In this document: piece after piece, positions 13,861-28,261 of the stretch | Position numbering within the stretch: the stretch's first letter is position 1 | Layout: each line of letters starts with the position of its first letter | NCBI RefSeq assembly: GCF_964355755.1 | Contig: NC_092676.1 | Coordinates: 15,332,871 to 15,396,870, forward strand | Length of the DNA: 64,000 nucleotides | From: Antedon mediterranea | Lineage: Eukaryota; Animalia; Echinodermata | Direction: 5' to 3' | Notes under the pieces: generated by a model | Databases searched by the model: none | Told to the model about the DNA's origin: nothing | What the model saw: only the letters and a program-made list of their open reading frames with translations | Translations under genes and position numbers: made by a program

Positions 13861-14391
13861 AGCTAGGGTACGATGTCAATACGTTACCGCTGTTCCAAGC
13901 AGGCTATGGGTAACGACGCAGCTAGGGTACGATGTCAATACGTTATTGCTGTTCCCAGCAGGCTATGGGTAACGACGCAGCTAGGGTACGATGTCAATAC
14001 GTTACCGCTGTTACCAGCAGGCTATGGGTAACGACGCAGCTAGGGTACGATGTCAATACGTTACCGCTGTTACCAGCAGGCCATGGGTAACGACGCAGCT
14101 AGGGTACGATGTCCATACGTTACCGCTGTTACCAGCAGGCTATGGGTAACGACGCAACTAGGGTACGGTGTCCATACGTTACCGCTGTTCCCAGCAGGCT
14201 ATGGGTAACGACGCAGCTAGGGTACGATGTCAATACGTTACCGCTGTTCCCAGCAGGCGATGGGTAACGACGCAGCTAAGGTACGATGTCAATACGTTAC
14301 CGCTGTTCCCAGCAGGCTATGGGTAACAACGCAGCTAGGGTACGATGTCAATACGTTACCGCTGTTCCCAGCAGGCTATGGGTAACGACGC
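13861..14391. repeat. 59-bp minisatellite x9
   Basis: Unit AGCTAGGGTACGATGTCAATACGTTACCGCTGTTCCCAGCAGGCTATGGGTAACGACGC. Confidence 0.97.
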
Positions 14392-14480
14392 TGTGAGTAT
14401 TAGAAGCTCAATGGATATAAAGCAGTATAAAATAAGCAAAACGCTTTCGGTTAGCACTAAATAATGGTATAATATTATTA

Positions 14481-14839
14481 CCGTTTCTATTTGAATAAAC
14501 GCCTCTGTCAAATAAATGACCCCACATGTAGAACATCATTTTGAATAAATGCCCCCACTCCCCTCAAATAAACATCCAAGGGCCTTTAGTTATTTCCTCA
14601 AATAAACATCCCCCAAAACAACAATATTGTATTACAACACATTACTATTTGTAGTGGAATTCATTGATTGACATGATCTACAATTTACTACCAGGCATTT
14701 TGATACAATTATTACTGTATTTCATCACGTAAAGGGTGATTATACATGTTACCATATTACACCCAAAAAATAAACATCCCCACCTAAAAACCCACCTGAA
14801 CAATAAACACCCCTGGGTCATTTATTTGTGTAGATACGG
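14481..14839. mobile_element. Degenerate Tc1/mariner-pogo MITE
   Basis: TA-flanked CCGTTTCTATTTGAATAAACGCC / GGTCATTTATTTGTGTAGATACGG; internal AATAAACRYCCC repeats. Confidence 0.65.
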
Positions 14840-16149
14840 TATATTCTATTCAAATTATTTCATTTTCAATACTTTTTGAGTATTCTTACAACAAGTATGT
14901 TTTGTTTGTAATAATTGCTGTGTAATTGATGTAATGGTAATGTATGCCAGCTCAGAATAATTGATGCATTTAATGTTGTAGTTTCCTTGAAATAATTGAC
15001 CATAATTGACATGGTTTGTTGTTTATGTTGGACTGTATAATTACTGATCAATACTAATTATATAGTTTAATTATTATTATTAATTATTTTACTGGATTTT
15101 TATAATTGATGTAGAATCATCTTGGTTTGTACATTTGTAATAATTTATGCGTTTTCTCTTCTTTCTGCTGCCTTATTCAATTTGGGACAAGTATTGATTT
15201 GACACAACTAAAGTAATGTTGTTCATTTGTGAAATTCTGTATGTTAATTTGGCATCTTTTTGTTTATTATTAGTGTTTAAATTTAATAATTATAGAAGAG
15301 GTGTGTTTTTTATAAAGAGTTAAATAAAATAATGTTTATAATGTAACTTTATATCAGTTATAGGTTACGTTTACATATTGATGTACTCTGTATGTGATGT
15401 GCAGTATATTTTGCAGTCTTGTGACTAGTAGTGGATTGATAATTTGACAGGGTTTGAACCCAGAATCTGTAGCCAAGCATCTTAACCACCAATCTATAAT
15501 TCACTCCAAAGTCATGAACTAACTATTCCACCAATACTGGAATATATTGTTAGACATTCATATTTAATTACAGCTACAGTATAATATAGAAAATATGTTT
15601 TTTTTTATTAATTTGTTGTATCATATTCAAAGTGTACCTCCCAAACCTACAAATTTACGCTTCTAGCAATCTTATAATAATCAATTTAAAAATAAAATGG
15701 CAAAAAAAAGAAAAAAAGGATAAAGGATAACTATAGCGTTCTAAAAATAAAAATATAATGAAATCTTTCAATTATTTCAATGAATTGGAAAATTGTTTTG
15801 GTCTAAATAAAGTCTAATAGCAAGATACAAAAACAAAATACAAAAGCTGTAATCTATTACAATATTATGTATTATTTTCAGGATTATTAAGGATTTATTT
15901 ATCTATCTAGTTATTTTGATCTTGGAGTATTAGCACAATGGTACAAAACATCCCCCAAAAACCACCAACTGAACATAAGGCAACATCCTGTTCATCGCAA
16001 CACGCAAACAAAAATTCAGAATAAATTTTTGGAAATATCTTATTTGTACGATTTAGCCCCAAAATGTTGATTTGTGCGTAATTTTGTATATATATATTTT
16101 TTATCTGTATCATATCTATGTATTAATAAACCAACTTATAGAAAAAATA

Positions 16150-16360
16150 GTTTTTATCATTAATTTGATACACAAAAAGCAAGCCAAAATAACTGTAATG
16201 ACATCATTATATGCAAATTTCCATTTTTGTTTACTCTCAACCATACACCAACCTTTTTCTAATCACACACCACAAAAATATTTCCAAAATTATCTAATTT
16301 AGTATTTTCTTGCTATTTAAAAAAAAATCACCAGTTTTTCTTAAAATAAATGTTACGCAC
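16150..16360 (+). repeat. Fragment homologous to the right part of the piggyBac-like element at 22317-22953
   Basis: Shared ccaaaata.ctgta.tga..tcatta.atgcaaatt...atcacacaccacaaaaata...gtttttcttaaa with 22765-22932. Confidence 0.65.
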
Positions 16361-17679
16361 AGATGTGGGACTAATTGCTGAGTGAAAGAGATGTTGGTAT
16401 TATTATATAATGTTGACTGAAAATATCCCAGTGGATTATTATAGTGAAGGAAACTGGCCATGTACGGTATTATACTCTTTCTTGATTACACCATGGATAC
16501 GACGTGTTATGCAACGTTGAATCGTAGCATAGCATAAACCATTAACTGGCAATTTCTGCTCTATTAACCTTTCTTATAAATAGCCACCAGTTTAGCATTG
16601 ATAAACACAGTATGAAGTTAATGTCTAAATCCTATATATTAATTGTTCTATTGATAGTACCAGGCAAAACACTGGTGTGTGCTTTTATAACTAATCTTCA
16701 AACAGATTTAATATGCTAAATAGGACATTGGCAAATCTGTACAGAAGTCCATGTTATGTTATGCTAACTAAAAAGCAATTAAAAAGATATAATAAGGTAA
16801 TTTACTGCATTGTATCCACAAATAATATGAATTATACATTGACCTTCTGAATGTAAATTTACAAAATAGATAATTCTTAATTCTCATATTATTACCGGTA
16901 TTGTTTATTAAAGGTCAACTAATACAGTAGATTATTAAATTTGGTAAGACTAGGAATTGTTTTTGGGTTGGGATGGCGGGGGAGGAAGAAGTGATTGACA
17001 GCGAGTTCATTGTGATAAATGTGATGTGATGATAATCTATTTCGTGCCTGTGATACATCTGAATTAACTAACTACATTAACGAAAGTGGGAACCACTCCA
17101 CATACAATCTTCATCATGTTTTTTGTAACAAGGTTGTGTTATTTTCATAAATGTTTCTTACTTTTTGTAAATGTATTCCTATCTAAGGAGAGAGTGGCTA
17201 TTATCAGGTTATCCAAATAAGCGCCACTGACTACTACTGTTGTTGGTTAGTGTATTTGGTTATCAAACAAATTGCCATACTATAACTGTGTCAGTACCTG
17301 TGAATTATTCACACACGTTTAAACAGTTATTTTGTCTCAGCAAACTCCTCATGTAGATAGAAAATATTAATGTTAATTTGCAAATATGGAATAGCAATGT
17401 ATTTCTTACCCTGAGAGTTTAGATTCAAAGAATAGTATGTCTTACACTTGCTGTTAACTTTTATAATTAGCACTTTATCTGTAGTCCCTATGGTATAGTT
17501 AAAAAAAACTAATATGAACTAGATGTAAAATTTACATGCATGTAAAATTTACATGCATCTAATATCAGCTGAACTAAAAGCCAAACATAATTCTTGCATT
17601 ATTTAATGCACACTATAGTATATAAACCAATATAGGTACCAAAGTTGATATTTCATTTCTTTGTTTCAGGATTTCGAAA

Positions 17680-17848
17680 AACTTCTCTACAATAATTGGT
17701 TAAAACACACAATGGATTGAGTTTTTTTAATTGGTTATTTTCTAATCAGTTAGTTATGTCATTTTGCGTCGTTTCTGCTGCCCAAAAATAATCGATCAAA
17801 AAAGAATCGGTTAATAATAAATTATTCCTGCTCAGCAGAAACAGGCCC
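17680..17848 (-). mobile_element. Terminal fragment of the Harbinger-like element at 41106-42523
   Basis: The reverse complement begins GGGCCTGTTTCTGCTGAGCAG and aligns to 41106-41243, then continues into about 41800-41830 without the nested insert. Confidence 0.8.
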
Positions 17849-18544
17849 AAACAGTGAAAAAAGGTGCGATCTGTGCAAATATTTATGCTTTTGTGTTATG
17901 AATATTTTCAGATTATAGAATTATGTTTTTGTAGATTGGTTTGGCCAAATATCAATGACCTCATTTTAAACAATAAATAAAATATGGATATTGCTAACAT
18001 TGAGATTCAAGTATCATTCCTGAAAAATATAATTTAAATATTGAGAACAAAAAATGTAAATATGAAAATGTAACATATTTTATTAAATTTGTTATAGGTG
18101 GCGCACTAAAAATAATTGGGACATTACTGTATGTAGTTGGTGTTTTGCTAAAGGTGATTAGATAATAAAGCCTTTGCTAGAAACATTGCTGATGGAACTA
18201 ATCAGGTCTACTGTAGTTTGAATAATTGAGTTTTGAATATACACATTTTATAGTAGTCATGGTAATCTTTTATTTAAAAAAAAAACAATGATCATCCATA
18301 TATTGTAACCTCAATGCTAAATTGCATATGATTTACAAAGCAATAGAAATAAACTACAGAAAAAGTGTGCAACAAGAAAGAAAGTTATAGGAATTGAGGA
18401 GCCTAATATAAAAAGCATCAGACTAAAAGACATTAGCAAATCCCCTTGTATTATTACATTCTATCATGGCATTCAAACCTAGAAGGTGGAATAAGATGTG
18501 CAGTTCTGACAGAAAAACGGGAAAATGGGGAAAATTTACGGCAG

Positions 18545-18695
18545 AGACCAAAAGATAGTTGGCATATGAAATATGGTCTTTACCCAAAATTATACGGCAT
18601 GTACATTTATGAATAATCTCAACCGATTCATGTAGTTTAAAAGTTAAACCAGGATGCCAAATAACTGGTTTTATTAAAGTGATCGATATCATTCT
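18545..18695 (-). mobile_element. Degenerate LINE reverse-transcriptase ORF2 fragment
   Basis: Track ORF reads LIKPVIWHPGLTFKLHESVEIIHKCTCRIILGKDHISYANYL, resembling the post-RT motif PVWHxxLT..lE.IQKRAxRIILG..Y.SY..AL of CR1/L2-group LINEs. Confidence 0.6.
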
Positions 18696-21600
18696 TCTAA
18701 AACAAAAAAGTTAATATTCTTGTATGCAAGCTTTTTGCTGATAATAATGGATTATAATAAATAATTATGCTTTGTTTGCTATTACAGTACTTGATAGTTT
18801 CTGTTTAAATGGGTTGAGTTTGTGCACATTATCATAAAAGCTTTTCTTAGTTTGAGCAACTAGTATTCGTAATCTGAAACCAGAAAGTAAATTTAATTTG
18901 TGACGGACTATTAAAAACCCCATGAAATTAGAGAATGGTTTAAATATGTCTTCTGAGATTTTTTTTCATTTATATCTTGGTTGACCTAAAAGAGCTAAAT
19001 AGTAGAATCAATTTTTAAATAATCTTTCCACATTGACAGATTTATAAAATGTTTGATCTTTGATGAATACAAACTTTACAATCAATTTTTACACAAAAAT
19101 TGTAGCTTTTTTCTTTAAAAACTGGCACACAAAATAATGAGTTCCTTATATATAGTTCCTCTAATAGTAGAGATATTGTAGGTAATGAGTGAAAGTGTTC
19201 ATATAGTGATGAGTTTCTCCTAGTGTAAGCAGACAAATTTACTATAGTTTACCCAAGAATAAAATTGAAGTTTAGCATGGTGAGATATGAACTTTGATAT
19301 TTTGAAATCTAGCAGGATGGTTATGTATTAAGTTTAAATTTATGTGGTCTCTGTGTATGTGACAGGCACTATGATTTTTTATTATTTTATGATAATAAAA
19401 TCTAGGTTCCATGTTGTAACTAACTTTATTGTAATGAATGAATGCGCAGTATTCTTCTCAAAGTCATCAGTCTCCTTTATAAATATCCCACTTATAATTG
19501 AAAGAAGTGCTTTATTTAACACCTTAAATGCAATATTATGCATGTGATTAGTGACTATAAAATCATGTGTCAAAATTTTAAAAGGGTAATCAATTATTCT
19601 TTACATTCACTTCAAAGCTAAAAGCTTGTCAAAGTATGATTACAATTGTCAACTATTTATTATTGTATAGAAGAAGACCTTATAATAATTACGAGTACAA
19701 ATTCTATATAACTTTTATGTTATATTTTCATCTATTTTACAGTTCTAAAATTAACTTAAGTATATTTGTTCATTCATTTTGCTGCAATTTGTAGTAATGT
19801 TGAAACATGAATAGTGTCAATGAATTACTGTATGCATGGACCGTTTACAGGACTGGCCTAGCATAAGGTCTAGAATAGATACAGCCTTAATAGTTGTGTT
19901 CTTTCATTTGAATGCTTCAGTAAGTTTTTGGATAGACTAATTGATCACTTCTCTCATCATTTTCGGTTTGTGTATAGGAGAATCGCTGGGTATAGTCCCA
20001 CCGCCAAAATTTCAAAAAATCTCATACACTTAAGATTACATCAGAGTAGGGCAAATATCTGACCAATTGCAGAGCTTCCTGATTCAAAGCTACTTCGCAG
20101 TTAATGATCATCCATGTTCCGTGGGCTAATCTAATTTAACCCTAGTTATCCAGTGCAAGCTTGATGGTCTCATGGTCTGAACGCCTAGTGATCTGGAGGT
20201 CATGGGTTCCAACCCAAGAATTACCAGCAAATTTGTGTGTTCTCAATATACTTAGCATGATGTGCAATTAAGTCAGAGTAAGGCAACAATTTGACCAATT
20301 AACTTATCTTCCTGACAAAAAGCTGTTTTGCAGAATTAAACAATTATTGTTGCGTGTACAAAACATTCACGAGCTTGATCGGGTAGAAGCATTCCTGATT
20401 GGGTAGTACGACCTGTACGCGCTATGCTATTCCCCTTGGCGGCGGTAGGCCTACACATAATGTCCAAGTGTAAATGCTGGAATATGTATATTATTTTTGT
20501 TCTGTACAGTTTACTAGGCCAGACTATATTTACACAAAATGTTTACTACTGATTGTTAAACAAAAATAATTGATAATAAATTTATAAGAAAATTATTTTT
20601 GAAGAAAGAATAATAAAGACTGTTTTTAAGTTGAGAAGCATTTTTTGTAAGAAATATTTAATGTTAATGTTATCAATTGTTTCAGTATTATGATATAGCA
20701 CCCTCTATGTTATGTTAAGTAATTGCTGTCTTTATAGTTATGTAAATGATGATATAGTATTCAAAATACTACAGTATACTGAATCTTGGATCTAATTGTG
20801 ATGTTGTTTTGATTTATTTCTGGTTTCTTTAAATTACTACAGGAATCGAGTTTTATTTTTACAATCAGCATTTTAGAGGACGAAGTGACGTGTTCCTTCA
20901 AATAAATATTGACCACTTTACGGTCATGAAGATTTGAAAATATTTTCAGTGATGGTTCAGTGACGTACTGTATACAATTTGTATTTGATTTGTTTGTATT
21001 ATCAAATCTAAAATAAAGGCATGAAATATGTTAAACACTATTTGATATTAGAAATAAGAGAATTCCAATAAAAAACATTTTAGTACCATGATCAATTGAA
21101 GGTAAAGACAGTAATGATTTGATTAATACAATTTAGGTGATAAAGTAATAGAGGGCAACATTTCTATAAGTAATACATTTAAGGTTGTAGAATAATTAAT
21201 AATGAAATTGCAATAATTAAAGTTCGATAATGTAAAAATGATGGAATCCCAAGTAACAGACTTCAGTTGATAGTGTAAAAAATTCAATAGAATTCCAGTA
21301 ATACATTTAAGGTGATAGGTAATAATGGTGAGAATTAAGTATTGAAGATGTCCTCCAAAAACATGAAAATAAGAATATATAAATAAAACATTTTTAAAAG
21401 GCCTTTTTACAGTTTTTAATTAAGTTAATCACTTCTGTAAAAGAAGATATTTAAATTTTCAGGTAAATATTTTTTTTCCCATCTAATATTTGGTCAAAGT
21501 GAATATCTTTTATGTGATATTAAAATGGCATATTCAACAAAAATATTTTTACAAATTATTTATTCAGGGGACAATAAATTTTAAAACTTTCCTTGCAATT

Positions 21601-21784
21601 GTTAAAGTTTGTAAAAATAATGCAAATATAAGTTTAAAAACATTAAAACAGGTCATTTCTTGTCTTAAATTTAGGTTCATTATGAGAAAAACAATGCACT
21701 ATCTCAGTAGCTTGCGTCAAATTTTCTCTCATAGACGGTATTGGGCCTGGCTTAGCTTGCCTTTAGGCCTAGCTGGTAAGGAGA

Positions 21785-22001
21785 TGTAACGTACGAATAT
21801 CATATGCTAGCTATAGGCCTAGCCTGATGTTGTCTCGTTGCTGAATTAATTGTCGTTCCTTTTTTTGGCAGAATCCGAAACTCGGTATTTTCGCTAAAAA
21901 GTTATGGTTCTTATTATTTGTTTCATCACAAAACAAAAACCAAAATATCAATCCGTGCGGGATGCATTCTGGTATTTATAGCTGGCCGCTTAAATTATTA
22001 G
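21785..22001 (-). repeat. Dispersed repeat, second copy of the 13645-13910 family
   Basis: Reverse-complement alignment to 13645-13910. Confidence 0.75.
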
Positions 22002-22316
22002 AATCCACTTATTGACGAAAATAATTATACAACAAACAGACTTTATGTACTTTACAAAATTCAATAAACTGTAGAGTCAAGAATAGAGAATCCCCTCAGT
22101 TACTCTAGAATAAATAGACATTTTCATTAAACCTATGACTTAGACATAGTTATTCATTGAAAAGATTATGTGTAAAGTTGAAATATTAATTATGTATAAA
22201 ACTTAAAGGTCTCTAGACTTAGTAATATCTTTATCATCTTAATCCATCTATTTCAATTTGAATCACACAAGTATAAATGTTTATATAACAATATACTGTA
22301 GTATAGTCAATATTAA

Positions 22317-22953
22317 CCTTGTCACTGCGTATACCCGGTAATACCGGGTATGGGCAAAACAATGATTTAATCGTGTTTGCCTATAATATATAGCACCCTC
22401 TATATTTTTTTGATGAACTTGAATATTTTTGTCATTACAAATTTTTTCCAGCTAATAAAAACGGCCCTCTATAGTTGTATTATCGTCTTGAAAATCATGC
22501 GCCCTCTTTAATTATAGTATATATAGTATAGTATATATAATAATATTTCTATCTTGGAAAGTTGCTTTGAGTAGCGTCATGGCGGCCATTTCGAAAGTAA
22601 CAAAATTTACCCGCCCCAATAAGGCTACATCGTGTTAATCACAACACGCAAAAAAAAAAAAATTCTGAAACAATAGTTATTTTTTGTACTATAGTGAATT
22701 TTTGGAAAATGTCATTATTTTCACAATTTTGCCCCAAAACTGATTTGTGATTCAATAAAAAACACGAAATCCAAAATACCTGTAGTGATGTCATTAATAT
22801 GCAAATTACTTTTTGTTTTATACCTAACTGTAGACTAACCCTTTGCCCATCACACACCACAAAAATAATTACACAATTATCTCAATTAATATTTTTTTGC
22901 AATTTATTAAAATATCATATGTTTTTCTTAAATATATCTTAGCAGTGAAAGGG
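22317..22953. mobile_element. piggyBac-like non-autonomous element
   Basis: TTAA at 22313-22316 and 22954-22957; TIRs CCTTGTCACTGC / GCAGTGAAAGGG; subterminal palindrome ATACCCGGTA-A-TACCGGGTAT. Confidence 0.75.
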
Positions 22954-23883
22954 TTAAGTAAATTAAAACAAGTCAATTAAGAATCTAGACCAATGATTTG
23001 TATTTAGTAAATCTAGCAAGGGTGTTAGTTACATTAAAAATTATTATGGTATAGAAAATATGAATGTGTAGAAGATGCCATTAACAGTAATTAATATTTA
23101 AACTTTAACCCACAAAATCTGAATTCTAAGATAATTACTTTGAGAATCGGATTGAGTTACCTGAACCTACCACATGAATTCATTTTCTTTTATATCATAT
23201 CATTGCAGTGTTTCCTTGAGTCATGCGGATCACAGTTATTTTATCATAATTGCTTTTCTTACCTTATTTTATCATTAACTTGCTTTTTTAAAATATCGTC
23301 ATCCTCACTGGTCAATAACCGGTTATTTTTTTTGCAGCAGAAACAAGACCCAACTGAGTTTAGAAGTGATTTAAAACTGTCCAGTAATTTCTAATAATAT
23401 AGATTGTTCCAGAGCCTAGGTCCAACAGTAGTGCAATCTTCCCTTGTGCAACAAAATTTGTGTTCAAGATCTCAGTTCTTTTAGGTATTTAGGAGCCATA
23501 TAAATTATTGCTATTATTATTAATTAATGATAAATTATCACAAATGTTATAAAATGGACTGTTAAATGTTTCTTGCTGTGGAAACATGAATTCAATCATT
23601 ATTTAAAAAAAAAACAACCTCACACATTTTTCATGAAGTGTAAAATGGATACGATCAGTCGATACGGTTGTTGGTCGGCTGCCGAGAATAAACCCTACTT
23701 TGCTTTGGCTTTGGCAGCCCAACATGTATTTGTAGATTCAGCCAATTCAGTACACAACAGAGGAGGTTGCATAGTTGATATGTGACATAATAACCCGCGA
23801 AATATGGCCGATGTTTATACTTAAATTTCAAGAATGTAATATAGCCTAGAAAGAAACAATTGTTTGTATAGTTCTTAAAGTAA

Positions 23884-26479
23884 AAAGTTAGTATAATATC
23901 TATCAGTAATACAGTTGAAGTTTGAAAGTTAGTATAATATCTATCAGTAATACAGTTGAAGTTTGAAAGTTAGTATAATATCTATCAGTAATACAGTTGA
24001 AGTTAGAAAGTTAGTATAATATCTATCAGTAATACAGTTGAAGTTTGAAAGTTAGTATAATATCTATCAGTTATACAGTTGAAGTTTGAAAGTTAGTATA
24101 ATATCTATCAGTAATACAGTTGAAGTTTGAAAGTTAGTATAATATCTATCAGTAATACAGTTGAAGTTAGAAAGTTAGTATAATATCTATCAGTAATACA
24201 GTTGAAGTTTGAAAGTTAGTATAATATCTATCAGTAATACAGTTGAAGTTTGAAAGTTAGTATAATATCTATCAGTAATACAGTTGAAGTTTGAAAGTTA
24301 GTATAATATCTATCAGTAATACAGTTGAAGTTTGAAAGTTAGTATAATATCTATCAGTAATACAGTTGAAGTTTGAAAGTTAGTATAATATCTATCAGTA
24401 ATACAGTTGAAGTTTGAAAGTTAGTATAATATCTATCAGTTATACAGTTGAAGTTTGAAAGTTAGTATAATATCTATCAGTAATACAGTTGAAGTTTGAA
24501 AGTTAGTATAATATCTATCAGTAATACAGTTGAAGTTAGAAAGTTAGTATAATATCTATCAGTAATACAGTTGAAGTTAGAAAGTTAGTATAATATCTAT
24601 CAGTAATACAGTTGAAGTTAGAAAGTTAGTATAATATCTATCAGTAATACAGTTGAAGTTAGAAAGTTAGTATAATATCTATCAGTTATACAGTTGAAGT
24701 TTGAAAGTTAATATAATATCTATCAGTAATACAGTTGAAGTTTGAAAGTTAGTATAATATCTATCAGTAATACAGTTGAAGTTAGAAAGTTAGTATAATA
24801 TCTATCAGTAATACAGTTGAAGTTAGAAAGTTAGTATAATATCTATCAGTAATACAGTTGAAGTTAGAAAGGTAGTATAATATCTATCAGTAATACAGTT
24901 GAAGTTAGAAAGTTAGTATAATATCTATCAGTAATACAGTTGAAGTTAGAAAGTTAGTATAATATCTATCAGTAATACAGTTGAAGTTAGAAAGTTAGTA
25001 TAATATCTATCAGTAATACAGTTGAAGTTAAAAAGTTAATATAATATCTATCAGTAATACAGTTGAAGTTAGAAAGTTAGTATAATATCTATCAGTAATA
25101 CAGTTGAAGTTAGAAAGTTAGTATAATATCTATCAGTAATACAGTTGAAGTTAAAAAGTTAATATAATATCTATCAGTAATACAGTTGAAGTAATAGAAA
25201 GTTAGTATAATATCTATCAGTAATACAGTTGAAGTAATAGAAAGTTAGTATAATATCTATCAGTAATACAGTTGAAGTTAGAAAGTTAGTATAATATCTA
25301 TCAGTAATACAGTTGAAGTTAAAAAGTTAATATAATATCTATCAGTAATACAGTTGAAGTAATAGAAAGTTAGTATAATATCTATCAGTAATACAGTTGA
25401 AGTAATAGAAAGTTAGTATAATATCTATCAGTAATACAGTTGAAGTTAGAAAGTTAGTATAATATCTATCAGTAATACAGTTGAAGTTAGAAAGTTAGTA
25501 TAATATCTATCAGTAATACAGTTGAAGTTAGAAAGTTAGTATAATATCTATCAGTAATACAGTTGAAGTTAGAAAGTTAGTATAATATCTATCAGTAATA
25601 CAGTTGAAGTTAGAAAGTTAGTATAATATCTATCAGTAATACAGTTGAAGTTAGAAAGTTAGTATAATATCTATCAGTAATACAGTTGAAGTTAGAAAGT
25701 TAGTATATTATCTATCAGTAATACAGTTGAAGTTAGAAAGTTAGTATAATATCTATCAGTAATACAGTTGAAGTTTGAAAGTTAGTATAATATCTATCAG
25801 TAATACAGTTGAAGTTTAGAAAGTTAGTATAATATCTATCAGTAATACAGTTGAAGTTAGAAAGTTAGTATAATATCTATCAGTAATACAGTTGAAGTTA
25901 GAAAGTTAGTATATTATCTATCAGTAATACAGTTGAAGTTAGAAAGTTAGTATAATATCTATCAGTAATACAGTTGAAGTTAGAAAGTTAGTATAATATC
26001 TATCAGTAATACAGTTGAAGTTAGAAAGTTAGTATAATATCTTTCAGTAATACAGTTGAAGTTTAGAAAGTTAGTATAATATCTATCAGTAATACAGTTG
26101 AAGTTAGAAAGTTAGTATAATATCTATCAGTAATACAGTTGAAGTTAGAAAGTTAGTATAATATCTATCAGTAATACAGTTGAAGTTAGAAAGTTAATAT
26201 AATATCTATCAGTAATACAGTTGAAGTTTAGAAAGTTAGTATAATATCTATCAGTAATACAGTTGAAGTTTGAAAGTTAGTATAATATCTATCAGTAATA
26301 CAGTTGAAGTTAGAAAGTTAGTATAATATCTATCATTAATACAGTTGAAGTTTGAAAGTTAGTATAATATCTATCAGTAATACAGTTGAAGTTAGAAAGT
26401 TAGTATAATATCTATCAGTAATACAGTTGAAGTTAGAAAGTTAGTATAATATCTATCAGTAATACAGTTGAAGTTAGAA
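23884..26479. repeat. 41-bp minisatellite, about 63 copies
   Basis: Unit AAAGTTAGTATAATATCTATCAGTAATACAGTTGAAGTT(T/A)G. Confidence 0.98.
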
Positions 26480-26504
26480 CCATGTAGTATATATATATAT
26501 ATAT

Positions 26505-26830
26505 GGCAGGTCAATTTAGAATTTCGTTTACTGGCACAAAATTTTGGAATAATTTATCACTCGACATAAAAAATAATACATAAAAAATTAATTTCGTAAA
26601 AAATATAACTGAACTACTATTATCGAGATACTGATTAATGCTGGCCCACCTCTTTCTTTTTGTCATTATTGTGTTTTTTTTGTTTTTTTTTTACATTATT
26701 TTATAATTATATTATCTAAATCGTTTGCACTGAACAGTATTATATTTGTTAATCAGGTGTAAACCATTGACTAGCGAAAGCTATTTGTTTATACTGTTTT
26801 GCCTTTGATGAATAAAGAATTATGAAACAT
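26505..26830 (+). mobile_element. 5'-truncated LINE 3' end
   Basis: GQFRISFTGTKFWNNLSLDIKNNT*KINFVKNITELLLSRY*, then a T-rich UTR and AATAAA. Confidence 0.65.
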
Positions 26831-28261
26831 ATAACTTTATTTCTGCATAACAGATTTAGTTGCAATTGGTGACACTTTGAAATTATAATATAATGTGACA
26901 TTCGTTTATAATATGAAACCATAAATTGATGGGTTTGCACATACCCTTGATTGTAAACCATGTGTAATGTTTAAATATCAAGACACCTGTCATACTCACA
27001 CCATAGCCTGATCCATTGTATGTCAACTATAAACGCACAAAACAGATGTTAAACACTAGAATTTTACCAATTTGTAATATTCATTTATTATAAATGATGC
27101 TTATTTTGGAGATATAGGCTAACACAATGCAAATCCTTTTCCTTCAGACATTGTAAAGATACACACCCTTCTATCACAAAATTTCCTCAAAACATTTATG
27201 GACACAAAGTTGGTAAACATACTTATTTAAACATAAAAAATGCCTTTAATTAATTATGGAGTGTTATAATGAATTTAAAAATCATAAAATATACGAGCAA
27301 TATAAATAAGTCAAGATCCTTTGCATGCAGTTACCACACACTTTATTAGTTAGACAGAAGAGTAGAATTCATCTATAGTGGTGCACTCTCACAAACGTCA
27401 ACACAAAGATTGTTGTAAAGATGCTGATATGATTTCCACAGTACCCATGGAATTCCAGACGAATCAGAGAAGCTTTAAACTTTCATAAAAACAATATAGT
27501 TTGAGGTATATAGGCAGTATTAGCTTTCTTTTTCACTCTCATTTCATTTCATTTCATTTATTTCGTCTCACATAATTATAACAAAAAAATAACAAACAAT
27601 AGAGAGAGACAGGATTCCCAAAAGCGAACTAAATCAAACTATTGGGTCTCTCAACATCTACTTCGACACCTACACTAACAACTCTTCTAGAGACAGAATG
27701 TTGAGCTCGAGTGTTACCTCTAGAATTGCGAACAGATCAGTCGATTGGCCAATTGGCTTTCTTGAATATTAAGAAAAATGGTACCATCCATAATCTGTAC
27801 ACTTTGATAGCCTTGATTTAATTAAAAACCCTTCCCACTTTCAATATAAATTAATCAATGCATGAATTAAGGATAATGTTTTAAAGACATCATCTGGTTT
27901 TATTCATTTTAATATCAACATTGTCAAAATGAAGGCTAACGGTACACATGATTTCAATTAAAAGAAAATAATGAACAATTTGAAATAACTGTCAATGTAT
28001 GAATTCGTCGAAGCCAAAACCGCAGATCAAAGTCTGTTACGATAGCCTATATTGGCAAGTCAAGCCCATCGTCAAACCATGCCAGTCCTTTAGGTGTTGT
28101 AGTACAACAGTCAAATCAGGGTGATATTCTCAAGACTTATGTATGTTATTAACAAATTGCCAATAGCCTACCTGTATATACTTTTCAGAGATCTACATTT
28201 CAGTTGATAAATGTTGTCAGGTATTCAATGTGTTTGTTGTCAAGTATTTATGGTGTGCCTA

